DNA of 64,000 nucleotides from assembly GCA_041859475.1 (NCBI GenBank), contig JBHEKO010000113.1, positions 11,212-75,211 of the forward strand, given 5' to 3'. Shown piece by piece: positions 48,973 to 58,740 of the stretch (position 1 is its first letter; every line of letters begins with the position of its first letter). The notes beneath the pieces were generated by a model. It was not told the origin of the DNA, searched no databases, and was given only the letters and a program-made list of their open reading frames with translations. Both the position numbers and the translations under genes were made by a program. This DNA comes from Candidatus Hydrogenedentales bacterium (GTDB lineage: Bacteria > Hydrogenedentota > Hydrogenedentia > Hydrogenedentales > SLHB01).

Positions 48973-49830
48973 TTACTGTATTCGAACTGTCGAAAACGTA
49001 CTGTAGCTGACCGTTCCGTCAGTGCGGTCTGCGCTACCACTCGATATAGCTTCCAAATGACGCTTGTAGGCGCGAGAAGCACACGTTGTATCACTGTAAA
49101 TAGGGCCGCTACACGACATGTTGAAGGTTATACCTCCCCATATGTGCCGGTACGTAGTGGTCTCAACGCCTGTCGTCACAGTAATGCTCTCTGAGCCGCC
49201 ACATGGGCATTCCTGCGCGGTCAGGGGAGCGTTTACGACCGTTGTGTACACGGCGTTATTCTCATCCGTAAAGGTAGGCGGTGTTCCAGTTGAGTAACCA
49301 CTTCCCGCCGTGTAGCTTAGTGCCTCAAGGCAGGACGTCCCACGGCCGTAATACATTATCGGTAATCCTCCTGCAGGAAACTTCCACCAAAGGTCCGCTA
49401 GCATGTAACCTGAGACGGCGGCCGTGTTGGTGCCCACGGAAGTTGGTGGGACTTTCATGTCTACAGTAATCGACATATCTCCACGAATCGTCGGATGGAA
49501 CGCATACGGCGCAGGATCGCCAGGCCCACTCCATGTCCACGTTGTCGTCGCATTCCACAGCACAGCACCAGACGCCTCGGTGTAGCCAACTGCTGCGGAT
49601 GCGGAGCCGTGGGCACCCGACATGATCACGGTAATGGGAGTCGGTGAAAACCCCGGAACACCCCAATCTGGATACACTTCTGCGCAGTACTTCGAACCCG
49701 TGGCGGCCGCTCCGCTCTGGTCTGGGCTCCCCGAGCCAGTGACAATCCAATATCCTGCTGATGCTGGCAAGCATACTAAAGAGCCCCATAGAGCCACAGC
49801 GATCACCGCAACTTCTCTCCAACTCTTCAT
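48973..49830 (-). CDS. Secreted Ser/Thr/Gly-rich hypothetical protein
   Basis: Start MKSWREVAVIAVALWGSLVCLPASA, preceded by an AGGAGGAG RBS. Confidence 0.4.
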   Translation of the reverse strand: MKSWREVAVIAVALWGSLVCLPASAGYWIVTGSGSPDQSGAAATGSKYCAEVYPDWGVPGFSPTPITVIMSGAHGSASAAVGYTEASGAVLWNATTTWTWSGPGDPAPYAFHPTIRGDMSITVDMKVPPTSVGTNTAAVSGYMLADLWWKFPAGGLPIMYYGRGTSCLEALSYTAGSGYSTGTPPTFTDENNAVYTTVVNAPLTAQECPCGGSESITVTTGVETTTYRHIWGGITFNMSCSGPIYSDTTCASRAYKRHLEAISSGSADRTDGTVSYSTFSTVRIQ

Positions 49831-49986
49831 GATTTCTCCTCCTGTTCGTTTGAGCGGGCCCACTAAACAAGACATACGTATCGGAAGCCTTTCTTGTCGC
49901 AAATCTACATCGGGGCAGATTGAATAAATAAGCGACTGCTCCTATTCCCCAACCCATAGTATCCTATTTTCCGCCGATCAGTCAGA

Positions 49987-50982
49987 CTACTTAGGCGCGG
50001 GTGCGATGCACGCAATACGAATGGGGGACGAGTCATCTGAAAAATATAGACAAAGGGTTCCTCGCGAAACACCGTAGATTCCTTCCTTAGTTTTTATCTT
50101 ACAGATCAGGACATCCGGCGTATCTTCCTGTTGCTCAAGGGCCTCTAGAATAATTGACTCGCTTTCCATCTCCCATCGCGTCACGTGCGGATATGGAGGA
50201 GAGAAACTGGACAGCTTGATGCGATACTCGGTCAGAGTCGGCACTACGAATAAGGTCTGGGGATAAACCTCAACAAATGAAGCGATGTTCATTGAAACAG
50301 GAATCCTCAAATCCCCTCTTTTGGGGTGTTGCAGCACTATCGCTCCCGCTAGCGGACCATGATTTTCATTCGGAACCGTCACCCTCACATCAATCTTGAG
50401 CAATTGGCCTTGCCGTTTGAACTCATAGAACTCTATCCAATTAGAACTTCGCGCCAAGTGGTATTCTTCAGAGGAGTCGTTTTCGGGAATTCTAATGAGC
50501 AGTTTTTGGTGAAGCGTCTCCCCTGCGCGGACCATTCCAAAGACAATTTTACTCGGGGTGGCATCAGGCATTTTGAGTATCGGCGCATCTCCGGTAACAG
50601 GTAGTATTATAGCCGTGGGAACGCCTCCCTCAAGCGAGATGAAAATCGTAACCTGTACGCCTTTACTTTTCCCGGTCGTATCAACCTCTATATGCAGCGC
50701 CGTCGATTTTCCCGGTTGAATGGTCCAGTCTTCCACCTTGACAGATGCACACGGGCAAGAGACCTCTACCTTTTTCAGGCGAATATCCTTGGTGCCAGTG
50801 TTCGACAACGTCACCACCTTTGAGTATATTTTTCCAGGCTCAATGATTCCTAGCGAGACGGAGTCAGGCACAACTTTTAGTGTGCTCGCGTCTGAATCCA
50901 CTGCTGAAGATAGACACAGAAACATAGCTATAGCTATTGAACACAGAAGCACGTGATTCAAGGTGTTTCGACTCGTGGCCAC
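49987..50982 (-). CDS. DUF1573-like secreted protein
   Basis: Signal peptide. VTLSNTGTKDIRLKKVEVSCPCASVK. Confidence 0.5.
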   Translation of the reverse strand: MATSRNTLNHVLLCSIAIAMFLCLSSAVDSDASTLKVVPDSVSLGIIEPGKIYSKVVTLSNTGTKDIRLKKVEVSCPCASVKVEDWTIQPGKSTALHIEVDTTGKSKGVQVTIFISLEGGVPTAIILPVTGDAPILKMPDATPSKIVFGMVRAGETLHQKLLIRIPENDSSEEYHLARSSNWIEFYEFKRQGQLLKIDVRVTVPNENHGPLAGAIVLQHPKRGDLRIPVSMNIASFVEVYPQTLFVVPTLTEYRIKLSSFSPPYPHVTRWEMESESIILEALEQQEDTPDVLICKIKTKEGIYGVSRGTLCLYFSDDSSPIRIACIAPAPK

Positions 50983-52097
50983 TAGAGAGATTTCCTTGCC
51001 GCAGGCCGTCGTCTTAGCCTGACGAGCCAGTAGAGCAGCACCGCCAGTAATATTCCGCCAACAATCAATCGGGTAATTAGCCTAGAGGGCAGGAAAGGCA
51101 GCGCGGTGTGAACCTGGACCTCCACCCTAGTCGCAACTTCCGCAAGGTCGGCGTCTTTGGCTGGTGCGTAAAGGTCCTCACTGTAAACAGGCCTTGCTCT
51201 CGGCTCGCCTAAACCGCCGGTGTCGCCGTCCGGAAGCGATGGGGCATAGCTGTTGGCGATAGTGTACCTCTCGCCAAGTATCCTGTCATCCACTCGAGTG
51301 CCCGGCGGAAACGTTATACGCATCTCGTTGTCGTCTATTGGGCCATTTACGACAACCCGGTCAAACCTTGTCAACAGCACCCGCTCTTGCAACGAGTCCT
51401 TCTCATAGGTCCGTTTTGTTATTGCCCCCGGCACCCATATCCCGGGGGCGACTTCCCGATAGTCGGAAAATTCAGACTCAAATGACGGGTTACCGTCCCT
51501 ATCCGTATAACTGGAAGACGTCGGCATATATCCTAATTTGGGATCTACGGTCAGGACAAATTTCATGGCCTGAACTGATTGCCGCAGGACATAAAGTGAG
51601 CGCTGCGCGTCCCACGTAATATCGGCTCCGGTTTTGACAAAGTGTTCGAGTGGAACTCCCCCGATGGTCCACACAGAATCGAAGAAAGGGTGGCCGGCGT
51701 TAGCTAGATCATTCTTATAGCCTCTTTCTACAATGCCGTCAAAGACAGGGGCCTTTGGGCTCTTGTCCGGGGGGTACTCGTCTAGTCTTTTGTTCCATTT
51801 GTCGGTGTACTCCCAGGACAGAACCGAGTCGCTCCTCTGGCTGCGGAAATAGCTGTGCTTGGGCGTCCAAAGCAAAAGGTTGGAGCAATTATCCAGGAGA
51901 ATCTTTCCCGGCGCGGATAAGTCTGAGCCCGGATACTCAACAGATTTCTTATCGAACTCTATGCGCAGTGACTTGATTTCTTGTCTTTTGGCCGTCATCA
52001 GGTCGACCAGTTCATCTACTTGTAGCGCGCTCTGGGCGTTGATATCTCTAGCAAGAAGAAGAACAAGGAAACACATTAACCACCGCGTCACCGGCAT
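50982..52097 (-). CDS. Signal-peptide protein with C-terminal TM anchor
   Basis: Start MPVTRWLMCFLVLLLARDINAQS. C-terminal LIVGGILLAVLLYWLV followed by RLRRRP. Confidence 0.4.
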   Translation of the reverse strand: MPVTRWLMCFLVLLLARDINAQSALQVDELVDLMTAKRQEIKSLRIEFDKKSVEYPGSDLSAPGKILLDNCSNLLLWTPKHSYFRSQRSDSVLSWEYTDKWNKRLDEYPPDKSPKAPVFDGIVERGYKNDLANAGHPFFDSVWTIGGVPLEHFVKTGADITWDAQRSLYVLRQSVQAMKFVLTVDPKLGYMPTSSSYTDRDGNPSFESEFSDYREVAPGIWVPGAITKRTYEKDSLQERVLLTRFDRVVVNGPIDDNEMRITFPPGTRVDDRILGERYTIANSYAPSLPDGDTGGLGEPRARPVYSEDLYAPAKDADLAEVATRVEVQVHTALPFLPSRLITRLIVGGILLAVLLYWLVRLRRRPAARKSL

Positions 52098-52219
52098 GGC
52101 GACAGCTCCTCTGGAGTTGGAAGAGTCCATTTCTTAGAAAGAGGCTGCCGCCCCCCCTGAGAGTAAGACAAACTACAATTTTATCTATTATAAATGTTTC
52201 AAATGCAACAATAATTCTG

Positions 52220-52684
52220 TTAATACCTGCACTGTGTGGCTTCTTCTCCGCAGGGCTCGTCAGGCTCACTTAGACCAGCGCACCAACTATCGAAGACAAA
52301 CCCAGTGCATATGCCGCTCAACTTTTCCTTCCCTTTGCACGGGTGAGATTGCGTCACCTCGCAAGCCCATCCCCAATTCGAACAGTCCATACATTCTCTG
52401 TATGCGGTAGCATCAGAACATATCCACGCATTTCCATATTGCTGGCAAGAGGTTGAATATCCGTTGCCTTGGTCAGCTACGCAGTCATAGGGGTAACCAC
52501 CCGGACGACAGTAGTTTCCTGTATTTGCGCAGTCAGTATCGTCGCACGCACCTCCATAGAGTCGTGCTTGTTGTTCAATACTTACCGATGTGCCCAGTGG
52601 CAAAGAGGGTCCGCCCAAAAAGAACATCGATCCCCAGAACATTACGGCAAATGCAGTAACAAACACCAAGACCATTCTGCCCAT
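52220..52684 (-). CDS. Small Cys-rich secreted protein (about 20 Cys in about 154 aa)
   Basis: Start MGRMVLVFVTAFAVMFWG with an AGGAGGAG RBS. CDDTDCANTGNYCRPGGYPYDC...CMDCSNWGWAC... Confidence 0.4.
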   Translation of the reverse strand: MGRMVLVFVTAFAVMFWGSMFFLGGPSLPLGTSVSIEQQARLYGGACDDTDCANTGNYCRPGGYPYDCVADQGNGYSTSCQQYGNAWICSDATAYRECMDCSNWGWACEVTQSHPCKGKEKLSGICTGFVFDSWCAGLSEPDEPCGEEATQCRY

Positions 52685-52758
52685 GTTGAGCTCCTCCTCT
52701 AATTCAAAATTTCGCACTTCTAGCAGCGTTAGCACTGTACGCAAAAACGCAGGCCGTG

Positions 52759-53457
52759 TTACATAGAGTCCGGTATGCGTATCCGTTTTCGCTCAAAAAA
52801 TGGGCGAGAGAGCAGCACGCTGGTTCCGATCAATGCGAGAGCCCCGAGGCTAATCCAGCTCCATTGGCGCGGATTCGGCACAGATCGGGTTTGGATTCCC
52901 AGTACAATGATCGCATACCACGTTGCCTCTGGAATCTTGTCAAGGTTGGCGTCCGTTAGGGTTAGCGGCTCAAGGGGTCCATCGAGAACATAAAACCTTC
53001 CCCTGTTCGCCGGAACGAACAGCTGAAAATGCCCGACAGCGCCGCCGTCCTCTGGTTCTTGGCTGCGCATCACAATTGCGGGAGATCGCAGACGGCGCAA
53101 GTCATCAACCGTGACGATAACCGTTGTAGTTTCATATCCTCGTCGCTCGAAGAAATCCCCAATACTTTTGATTGTGCAGCCTTTTTCTGAGACATCCAAC
53201 TCCTTCGTCAGTGCGTCGAGCGTTTCTGGACGTTTAAGCAGACTAAGTAGGTGCCACACCGCATATGGTCCACAGAGGTTCTCCGGGCCACGACCCTCGG
53301 GTCTCTCGACGGAACTTAGATAATCAAGTGCCCAACCGTTCTTGACTATGGGGGCTGCCGTTGCGGCGCAAGGTACACTCAGCGAAAGCCCAAGAAGAAC
53401 GCATGTTACGAGGAGACAGAATCGAAACACGTCAGATTTGTTGTTAAGCACTGCCAT
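52759..53457 (-). CDS. Peptidase C39-like (papain-fold Cys/His/Asp) domain protein with signal peptide and C-terminal TM anchor
   Basis: ENLCGPYAVWHLL (candidate catalytic Cys), GAVGHFQLFV (His), FYVLDGP (Asp). C-terminal WSWISLGALALIGTSVLL. Start MAVLNNKSDVFRFCLLVTCVLLG with a GGGAGGAA RBS. Confidence 0.45.
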   Translation of the reverse strand: MAVLNNKSDVFRFCLLVTCVLLGLSLSVPCAATAAPIVKNGWALDYLSSVERPEGRGPENLCGPYAVWHLLSLLKRPETLDALTKELDVSEKGCTIKSIGDFFERRGYETTTVIVTVDDLRRLRSPAIVMRSQEPEDGGAVGHFQLFVPANRGRFYVLDGPLEPLTLTDANLDKIPEATWYAIIVLGIQTRSVPNPRQWSWISLGALALIGTSVLLSRPFFERKRIRIPDSM

Positions 53458-53742
53458 CCCTAAGCTACATTCCTCCCGGAGATCGAGCAGGTTCTCACAA
53501 TCGCTACATGCACAGGCAACATTCAATACCATCGGCGTCAAGTACATCCTGAAGTACCGACCCGCCATCTCATATCAGCGCGTTGCACTACCGGCTGCAA
53601 TGATCTAACTACCAGGAAAAATATACATACAATATATGTATATGTCAAGTAGTATTTTGAATCAAGCTTATTTATGATTTGACCTAGATTTTTAACATTA
53701 CGATTTCCATAGTAGTAGTGCGTCCAGGGAAAGGGGCAATCA

Positions 53743-55638
53743 ATGCGGATAAGCGTAGCGTTGTCGATGAGGTGGACTCTTGGGCTCATGCCTCTGCTTC
53801 TGATGGGCTTGGACGCTTGGTCTGCAGAGGCCAAGGGTCGGACTGACTCTCCGGAAATGGCAGCGGTTCCCGGTGGTTGGTTTATCATGGGCAAAGGCCC
53901 GGGAGCGACTCTGCAAAAAGCTGAGGAAGAGCAACTGTCACTGCCGGTCATGCTGAACGCTCAGGGAATGGGTGGTGGCGATCATAATGGTCTGGGGACG
54001 GTGTTTGAGGGAATAGAGAATGGGAATGGTATAATTGATTTGGTCGAATTTGGCTACCTCGACTGTATCTTGCATGACTCGACAAGACCGCAGCATTTGT
54101 TGGTGAACAAGGCATGGAAGCATAATGTCGACAAGGTTAGGGAGATCCTGTCCGGCCTGACCGGAAAAGCCAAGGAATGGTGGGTCACTAAAGCCAAGAG
54201 CGGGATTGGTACGTCAGGAAATGTACCGTTACCTGATATGACGGTTTACTGTATTGCGTCGTACATTACGATTGGCGAACCGTTGGACTATGTAGAGGGT
54301 TGGCTCGGCTCAATAGTCTATGGTGCAGGGAAACGCTATGAGATCACCGATCCTGAATTTGATCTTAGTGCTACATCTGTATTACGTCCTGACGCCGATC
54401 CCGACAAAGACTGGGTATCAAACAAAGATGAATGGGACAAACTTGGAGGCAACTGGTGGTTCACTGCGCTTCCATGGTTCATCAAACTCGATGCTGTTGA
54501 GCAGTATGCCCAGATCGCTCTGAACCCAGCCTACATTGGTTCCCGAAGTGAAAACCAAGGCCACCCGACCAGCGACAACCCCGTCCAAATCCTCTCGCCC
54601 CCACCTTCTGATCAGGAAAGCGCCCAAACCCGCGCAGAGGATGAAAAAAACTATCTAGCTACTCTCCAGGTCGTCGCCGAAGGCAAACGGCGTATGGGCG
54701 AAAGAATGAATATCCCCAAGTACAAGAAGTTCGAATGGCCCTTCGCAGCTGCCGAAGAACATGCTGTTTGGCTCGATTCATACAGGATCGGTCGGTACGA
54801 AGTCACCAACGCTGAGTTTGCTGAGATGCTTACCGACTACGACAAAAAAGGCAAATTCACATATTCGCCCAAAGGCTCACCCCATCTGAATGGATACGAC
54901 ATAATCCACCTGGCCGATGCCGACTGTCAGATCACTCGCGATCCCGAAACGTCAAAGTACTTACCCAAGATACAGGATGGAATCCCGTGCGATAATTACC
55001 CTGTTGTAGAAGTCACTTGGTATGGTGCCGTTGCCTACGCCAATTGGCTTAGCGAGAAACACGGATTCGCTACCTGCTATGACTCTAACACCTTAGAACC
55101 GCTCATTCCGTTTCGTGACGGGTACCGCCTCCCGACCGAGGCAGAATGGGAACGAGCGGCGGGATGGGTTTCAGATGCTCCGAACGGCGTTAGGCTCCCA
55201 GATGGAACCAAGGGAGTAGCATGGAGGTTTGCCGTGTCGAGCAACGAAATAGTCGAGAGCAGAGCCAACTTCGGGAAAAACCCTGAAAAAACGGGAGGCA
55301 CCGGCCTGACTCTCCCGCAAACTACTCCCATCGGGGTTTTCACTGGCTCCACGGGCACGCAGAATTGTTCTCCTGTCGGTTGTGCGGATATGAGTGGAAA
55401 CGTCTGGGAGTGGTGCCATGACTGGTATACTCCACGCCCAAAAGACACCCAGCACAATCCCCTTGGTCCCCCCTCTGGCCAGTTTAAGATCACGCGTGGA
55501 GGCGCCTGGAACTATCCCAAAGAAGGATGTCTTGTCTATAGCCGCGGTTGGGAAATCCCTGGGCATTCATCCTTTAACCACGGTTTCCGACTGGCCCGGT
55601 CCACAGCCCAAGGTTCCACCAAAATTTCTCACCGATAA
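53743..55638 (+). CDS. Secreted protein with C-terminal formylglycine-generating-enzyme (FGE/SUMF1) domain
   Basis: 631 aa. Signal peptide. C-terminal FGE motifs RIGRYEVTNAEF, YRLPTEAEWERAAGW, GNVWEWCHDWY, RGGAW. The N-terminal about 300 aa are unassigned. Confidence 0.65.
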   Translation: MRISVALSMRWTLGLMPLLLMGLDAWSAEAKGRTDSPEMAAVPGGWFIMGKGPGATLQKAEEEQLSLPVMLNAQGMGGGDHNGLGTVFEGIENGNGIIDLVEFGYLDCILHDSTRPQHLLVNKAWKHNVDKVREILSGLTGKAKEWWVTKAKSGIGTSGNVPLPDMTVYCIASYITIGEPLDYVEGWLGSIVYGAGKRYEITDPEFDLSATSVLRPDADPDKDWVSNKDEWDKLGGNWWFTALPWFIKLDAVEQYAQIALNPAYIGSRSENQGHPTSDNPVQILSPPPSDQESAQTRAEDEKNYLATLQVVAEGKRRMGERMNIPKYKKFEWPFAAAEEHAVWLDSYRIGRYEVTNAEFAEMLTDYDKKGKFTYSPKGSPHLNGYDIIHLADADCQITRDPETSKYLPKIQDGIPCDNYPVVEVTWYGAVAYANWLSEKHGFATCYDSNTLEPLIPFRDGYRLPTEAEWERAAGWVSDAPNGVRLPDGTKGVAWRFAVSSNEIVESRANFGKNPEKTGGTGLTLPQTTPIGVFTGSTGTQNCSPVGCADMSGNVWEWCHDWYTPRPKDTQHNPLGPPSGQFKITRGGAWNYPKEGCLVYSRGWEIPGHSSFNHGFRLARSTAQGSTKISHR

Positions 55639-55842
55639 GGGTTGCAGCTTCAGTTAACCAGATACTCTCGAACATCTACTCAAACGAGGCCCGTCGAGCC
55701 GTCACGCTCTGGAGTCCCTCGGTCTATTATTCGGTTAGCTCGAGCCTACCCCAACACAGGCGCTTGTATTGACTCATTCCACTCTCTGTGTTATCGTCTA
55801 GATTAATATTGGGGTGCTTTCCGTCTGCATTGGGGGTAACCA

Positions 55843-56802
55843 ATGGAGTTATTGTCTGGCAGGTGGCGGCCTAGGCTCTACGGCGGTGTGGCGGCATTGT
55901 TGCGCGTAGTAGCTTTAGGCGCGTGCGTAGCGTGTAGCCCATACGCATGGGCGGTTTCGGGCGGGCTTTCGGAAGAGGAGCAACTCGACCTTCTGGAGCG
56001 CGCCGATAAGTACTGCTATTCCCCAGGGAGTTCGAGCCGCGAAGCGATTCGACTCTACGAGGAAGTACTCGAAAAGGTCGATTTGGCGCCACCTATCCGG
56101 CTAGACATCCAGTTTCGCATCGCCAACATGCACCTGTTTTTGCTTACCAAAGATACGGGCGGCAAACCGGACCTTCTTGGAGCGCTGGAACGGTACCAGG
56201 CTATTGTGCGCGACTACCCCAAGAACGAGGTAATCGTTTTTCAGTCCAGCGGATACATCGCCGATTGCTATTCTTTGCTTAATCGACGTCCCGAGGCCGA
56301 AAAACAATATCTTTCGGTTCGCCGTTTTGCCCGGGCCGTTCCCGAATCCGATGCTCCTCGGTATGGCCCCTATCTCAAGGGTTGGCGAGACGGCGCGATG
56401 CGGAATGTGATCGGACTATACGACTGGGAAGGCGAAATCGGGATCGCCAATCTGCAGCGCGTCGCCCGGGAAAACCCCGACGATACCGAGTTGTGTGCCG
56501 AAATCGAGAAGACCATCTCCAGAATGAAGGAGAAGAGCATCAAAGAAGCCGCCAACGCCCTTACCGAGGACTTGACCGCGCAGAACGTCGCGATGCCAGA
56601 TTCTTCACCCGCCAATGCGAACGGCTCTGCCTCCTCTGACGATGAAGTGACTCCCGCCGCCCCCACGGTCTCCGAGACCGTGCCCGTAGCGTCACCCCGC
56701 GAGAATCGCATGGCTTACTATGGCTACGGCGGAGCGCTCGCGCTTCTCCTTGCCATCGGCGGCCTTTTCTATCTGCGTAGTCGCGACAGAAAGAAGGCCT
56801 AG
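55843..56802 (+). CDS. TPR-like protein with signal peptide and C-terminal TM anchor
   Basis: 319 aa. C-terminal YGYGGALALLLAIGGLFYL followed by RSRDRKK. Confidence 0.4.
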   Translation: MELLSGRWRPRLYGGVAALLRVVALGACVACSPYAWAVSGGLSEEEQLDLLERADKYCYSPGSSSREAIRLYEEVLEKVDLAPPIRLDIQFRIANMHLFLLTKDTGGKPDLLGALERYQAIVRDYPKNEVIVFQSSGYIADCYSLLNRRPEAEKQYLSVRRFARAVPESDAPRYGPYLKGWRDGAMRNVIGLYDWEGEIGIANLQRVARENPDDTELCAEIEKTISRMKEKSIKEAANALTEDLTAQNVAMPDSSPANANGSASSDDEVTPAAPTVSETVPVASPRENRMAYYGYGGALALLLAIGGLFYLRSRDRKKA

Positions 56803-56811
56803 TAGCCAAAA

Positions 56812-57816
56812 GTGTTGCCGTACAGCCGTTTCAAGTATATGGACCGAATAGGGAAAGGAGAGCCGAGGATGACGCGCTGGACCACCATCATGCTCACGGC
56901 GGGCTTGACCGTTGGATCGCTATTTGCCGACGGGAAAGCCGCTGCGGACTATGCCTGGACCACGGGCGATCCTCCGAGGGGAACCATTTCCCCAAACGAC
57001 GCCCAGGTCCTTTTAGCCCCAGGAAAGTCCAAGCAATTTACGGCCTATGAAATTGGGGACAACGACTGCAAGAAGGACACCTCCACAAACGAACTCTTTA
57101 CCGTGGCCGATGAAGTCCCCACTACCAAGGTGCGCTGGGGATTGGACCGCTCCTTTGGAACCCTCACACCGGCTTCCGGTGTAGGAACCTCCGTCACGTA
57201 CACTTCCCCGACGACGAGCGGGCCTTGGGTAAGGCTCACGCTGTACGTAGACGATTTGTCCGCCAATCCGCCAGGTGCTCATGATCCTGAGTATCCGGCC
57301 GATTTCGTAGATATTTACCAGGTTCTGCCGAATGGGGAAGATGTAGAGTGGCAAGACCACTTTTCCAAGGCACCACATGAAATCGGCGACAAGTTCAGCC
57401 CACATACAGTCTATTTCAAGAGTTTTTTGGGAGAACGCCAGAACGTAGATTTTTCCGGCCTCGTCATCACGGAATACCAAGGTTTTCAATTCGTTTCCTG
57501 TTCGGTGCCGAATTTATCAGTGGATGAAGTGATGCAAGGGCAAGAAGGCTGGAATGGAAATTGGACCATAAACGGGAGTAATCAGAGGAGTGAAAACGAC
57601 GAACACGGATTTAATCGAGATGCTTTAGGGGGCGATTGGCTAGGTACAGGAGAAGTGGTTATCAACCAGAGGATGAAGGTGACGTCTCCGGTAGTGGGCT
57701 CCACCTGGTTTGTGATCCATCAGTTGAAATTCCGGTTCAAGAATGAAGGTTTGCCACCCAATACGGAATATAACTGCTACGTAAGCAAGCACGGCGTCGC
57801 ATGCCCGGACTTTTAG
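56812..57816 (+). CDS. Secreted hypothetical protein
   Basis: Probable start at MTRWTTIMLTAGLTVGSLFA (56869). No recognisable domain. Confidence 0.4.
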   Translation: MLPYSRFKYMDRIGKGEPRMTRWTTIMLTAGLTVGSLFADGKAAADYAWTTGDPPRGTISPNDAQVLLAPGKSKQFTAYEIGDNDCKKDTSTNELFTVADEVPTTKVRWGLDRSFGTLTPASGVGTSVTYTSPTTSGPWVRLTLYVDDLSANPPGAHDPEYPADFVDIYQVLPNGEDVEWQDHFSKAPHEIGDKFSPHTVYFKSFLGERQNVDFSGLVITEYQGFQFVSCSVPNLSVDEVMQGQEGWNGNWTINGSNQRSENDEHGFNRDALGGDWLGTGEVVINQRMKVTSPVVGSTWFVIHQLKFRFKNEGLPPNTEYNCYVSKHGVACPDF

Positions 57817-57892
57817 TCAGTGAAAGACTCTCAACGGCTGCGGCTTTCGTGCGCTTCAAGAGAGGAACGCGACAAAACGAGGAGGTATCGAG

Positions 57893-58699
57893 ATGTTCGC
57901 TACATTTAAGGTGACAACACTGTTGGCTGTTTTGTTTAGCCTGCTGTGCCTTAGCCCGGCCCAGGCGGCCCCGCTTCCTGCGGACATCGAAGGTAAACGA
58001 GCCTTGAACATATCCGAAGAGGAAGAGCGCCATGCGATTATGGCGGTGGGTGGCCTTACCTCGGAATATGAAGTTGCAATTTCGTACGAGAGTGCGATGC
58101 CCAGCGACCCGAATCCGGAAAAGCGAATTTCCTACCGGATTCGACGCAACGAAACGTTGGGCATGGCGCTCTCGATGTTCAAGGGCGGCACGAACGGGAT
58201 GCTCGAGGCCAAGCGCATTCGAAACGTGCTGTGCGTCGTATACAATACACCGCCCGGCGTCGTGAATCCGCTGGACTGCAAGGTCTCACTCAAGCTCGAA
58301 AACGTCACCGCGTGGGAAGCGTTTAAAACGCTCGGGAAAACCATCAATACATTGCCCCAGTTTGCCAAGCGCCCCGCAGCGCTGGTGAAAACGACTGTTC
58401 CCATCGGATTTGGAAAAGATCGCGCCGTGCCCCCTGTTTTGTACAAAGAGAAGTGCATTACGCTGAACCTGACCGATGTCACGGCGCGCGAAGCGGCGTG
58501 CGCGATTGTCGAGGCCGCCCCGTTCGAAATGAAGTTCCAATACATACATGGCGACGAGAACCCAAACAGTGGCCACTACCAGGACACCCTTTACATACAG
58601 GTGCTCCAGAACGGAAAGCCAGTAAGCACGGAGCCCTTGACTAAGGAAGAAGAGGAGTTCTGGCGCGCGGAAATTAAGGACGGTCTGGCACGGCCCTAG
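57893..58699 (+). CDS. Secreted hypothetical protein
   Basis: Signal peptide MFATFKVTTLLAVLFSLLCLSPAQA. A decayed copy of its 5' end lies at 58741-58850. Confidence 0.45.
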   Translation: MFATFKVTTLLAVLFSLLCLSPAQAAPLPADIEGKRALNISEEEERHAIMAVGGLTSEYEVAISYESAMPSDPNPEKRISYRIRRNETLGMALSMFKGGTNGMLEAKRIRNVLCVVYNTPPGVVNPLDCKVSLKLENVTAWEAFKTLGKTINTLPQFAKRPAALVKTTVPIGFGKDRAVPPVLYKEKCITLNLTDVTAREAACAIVEAAPFEMKFQYIHGDENPNSGHYQDTLYIQVLQNGKPVSTEPLTKEEEEFWRAEIKDGLARP

Positions 58700-58740
58700 A
58701 AAAAGCGTGCGGAAAGGGAGACGGCAGAGCGACGACCATA

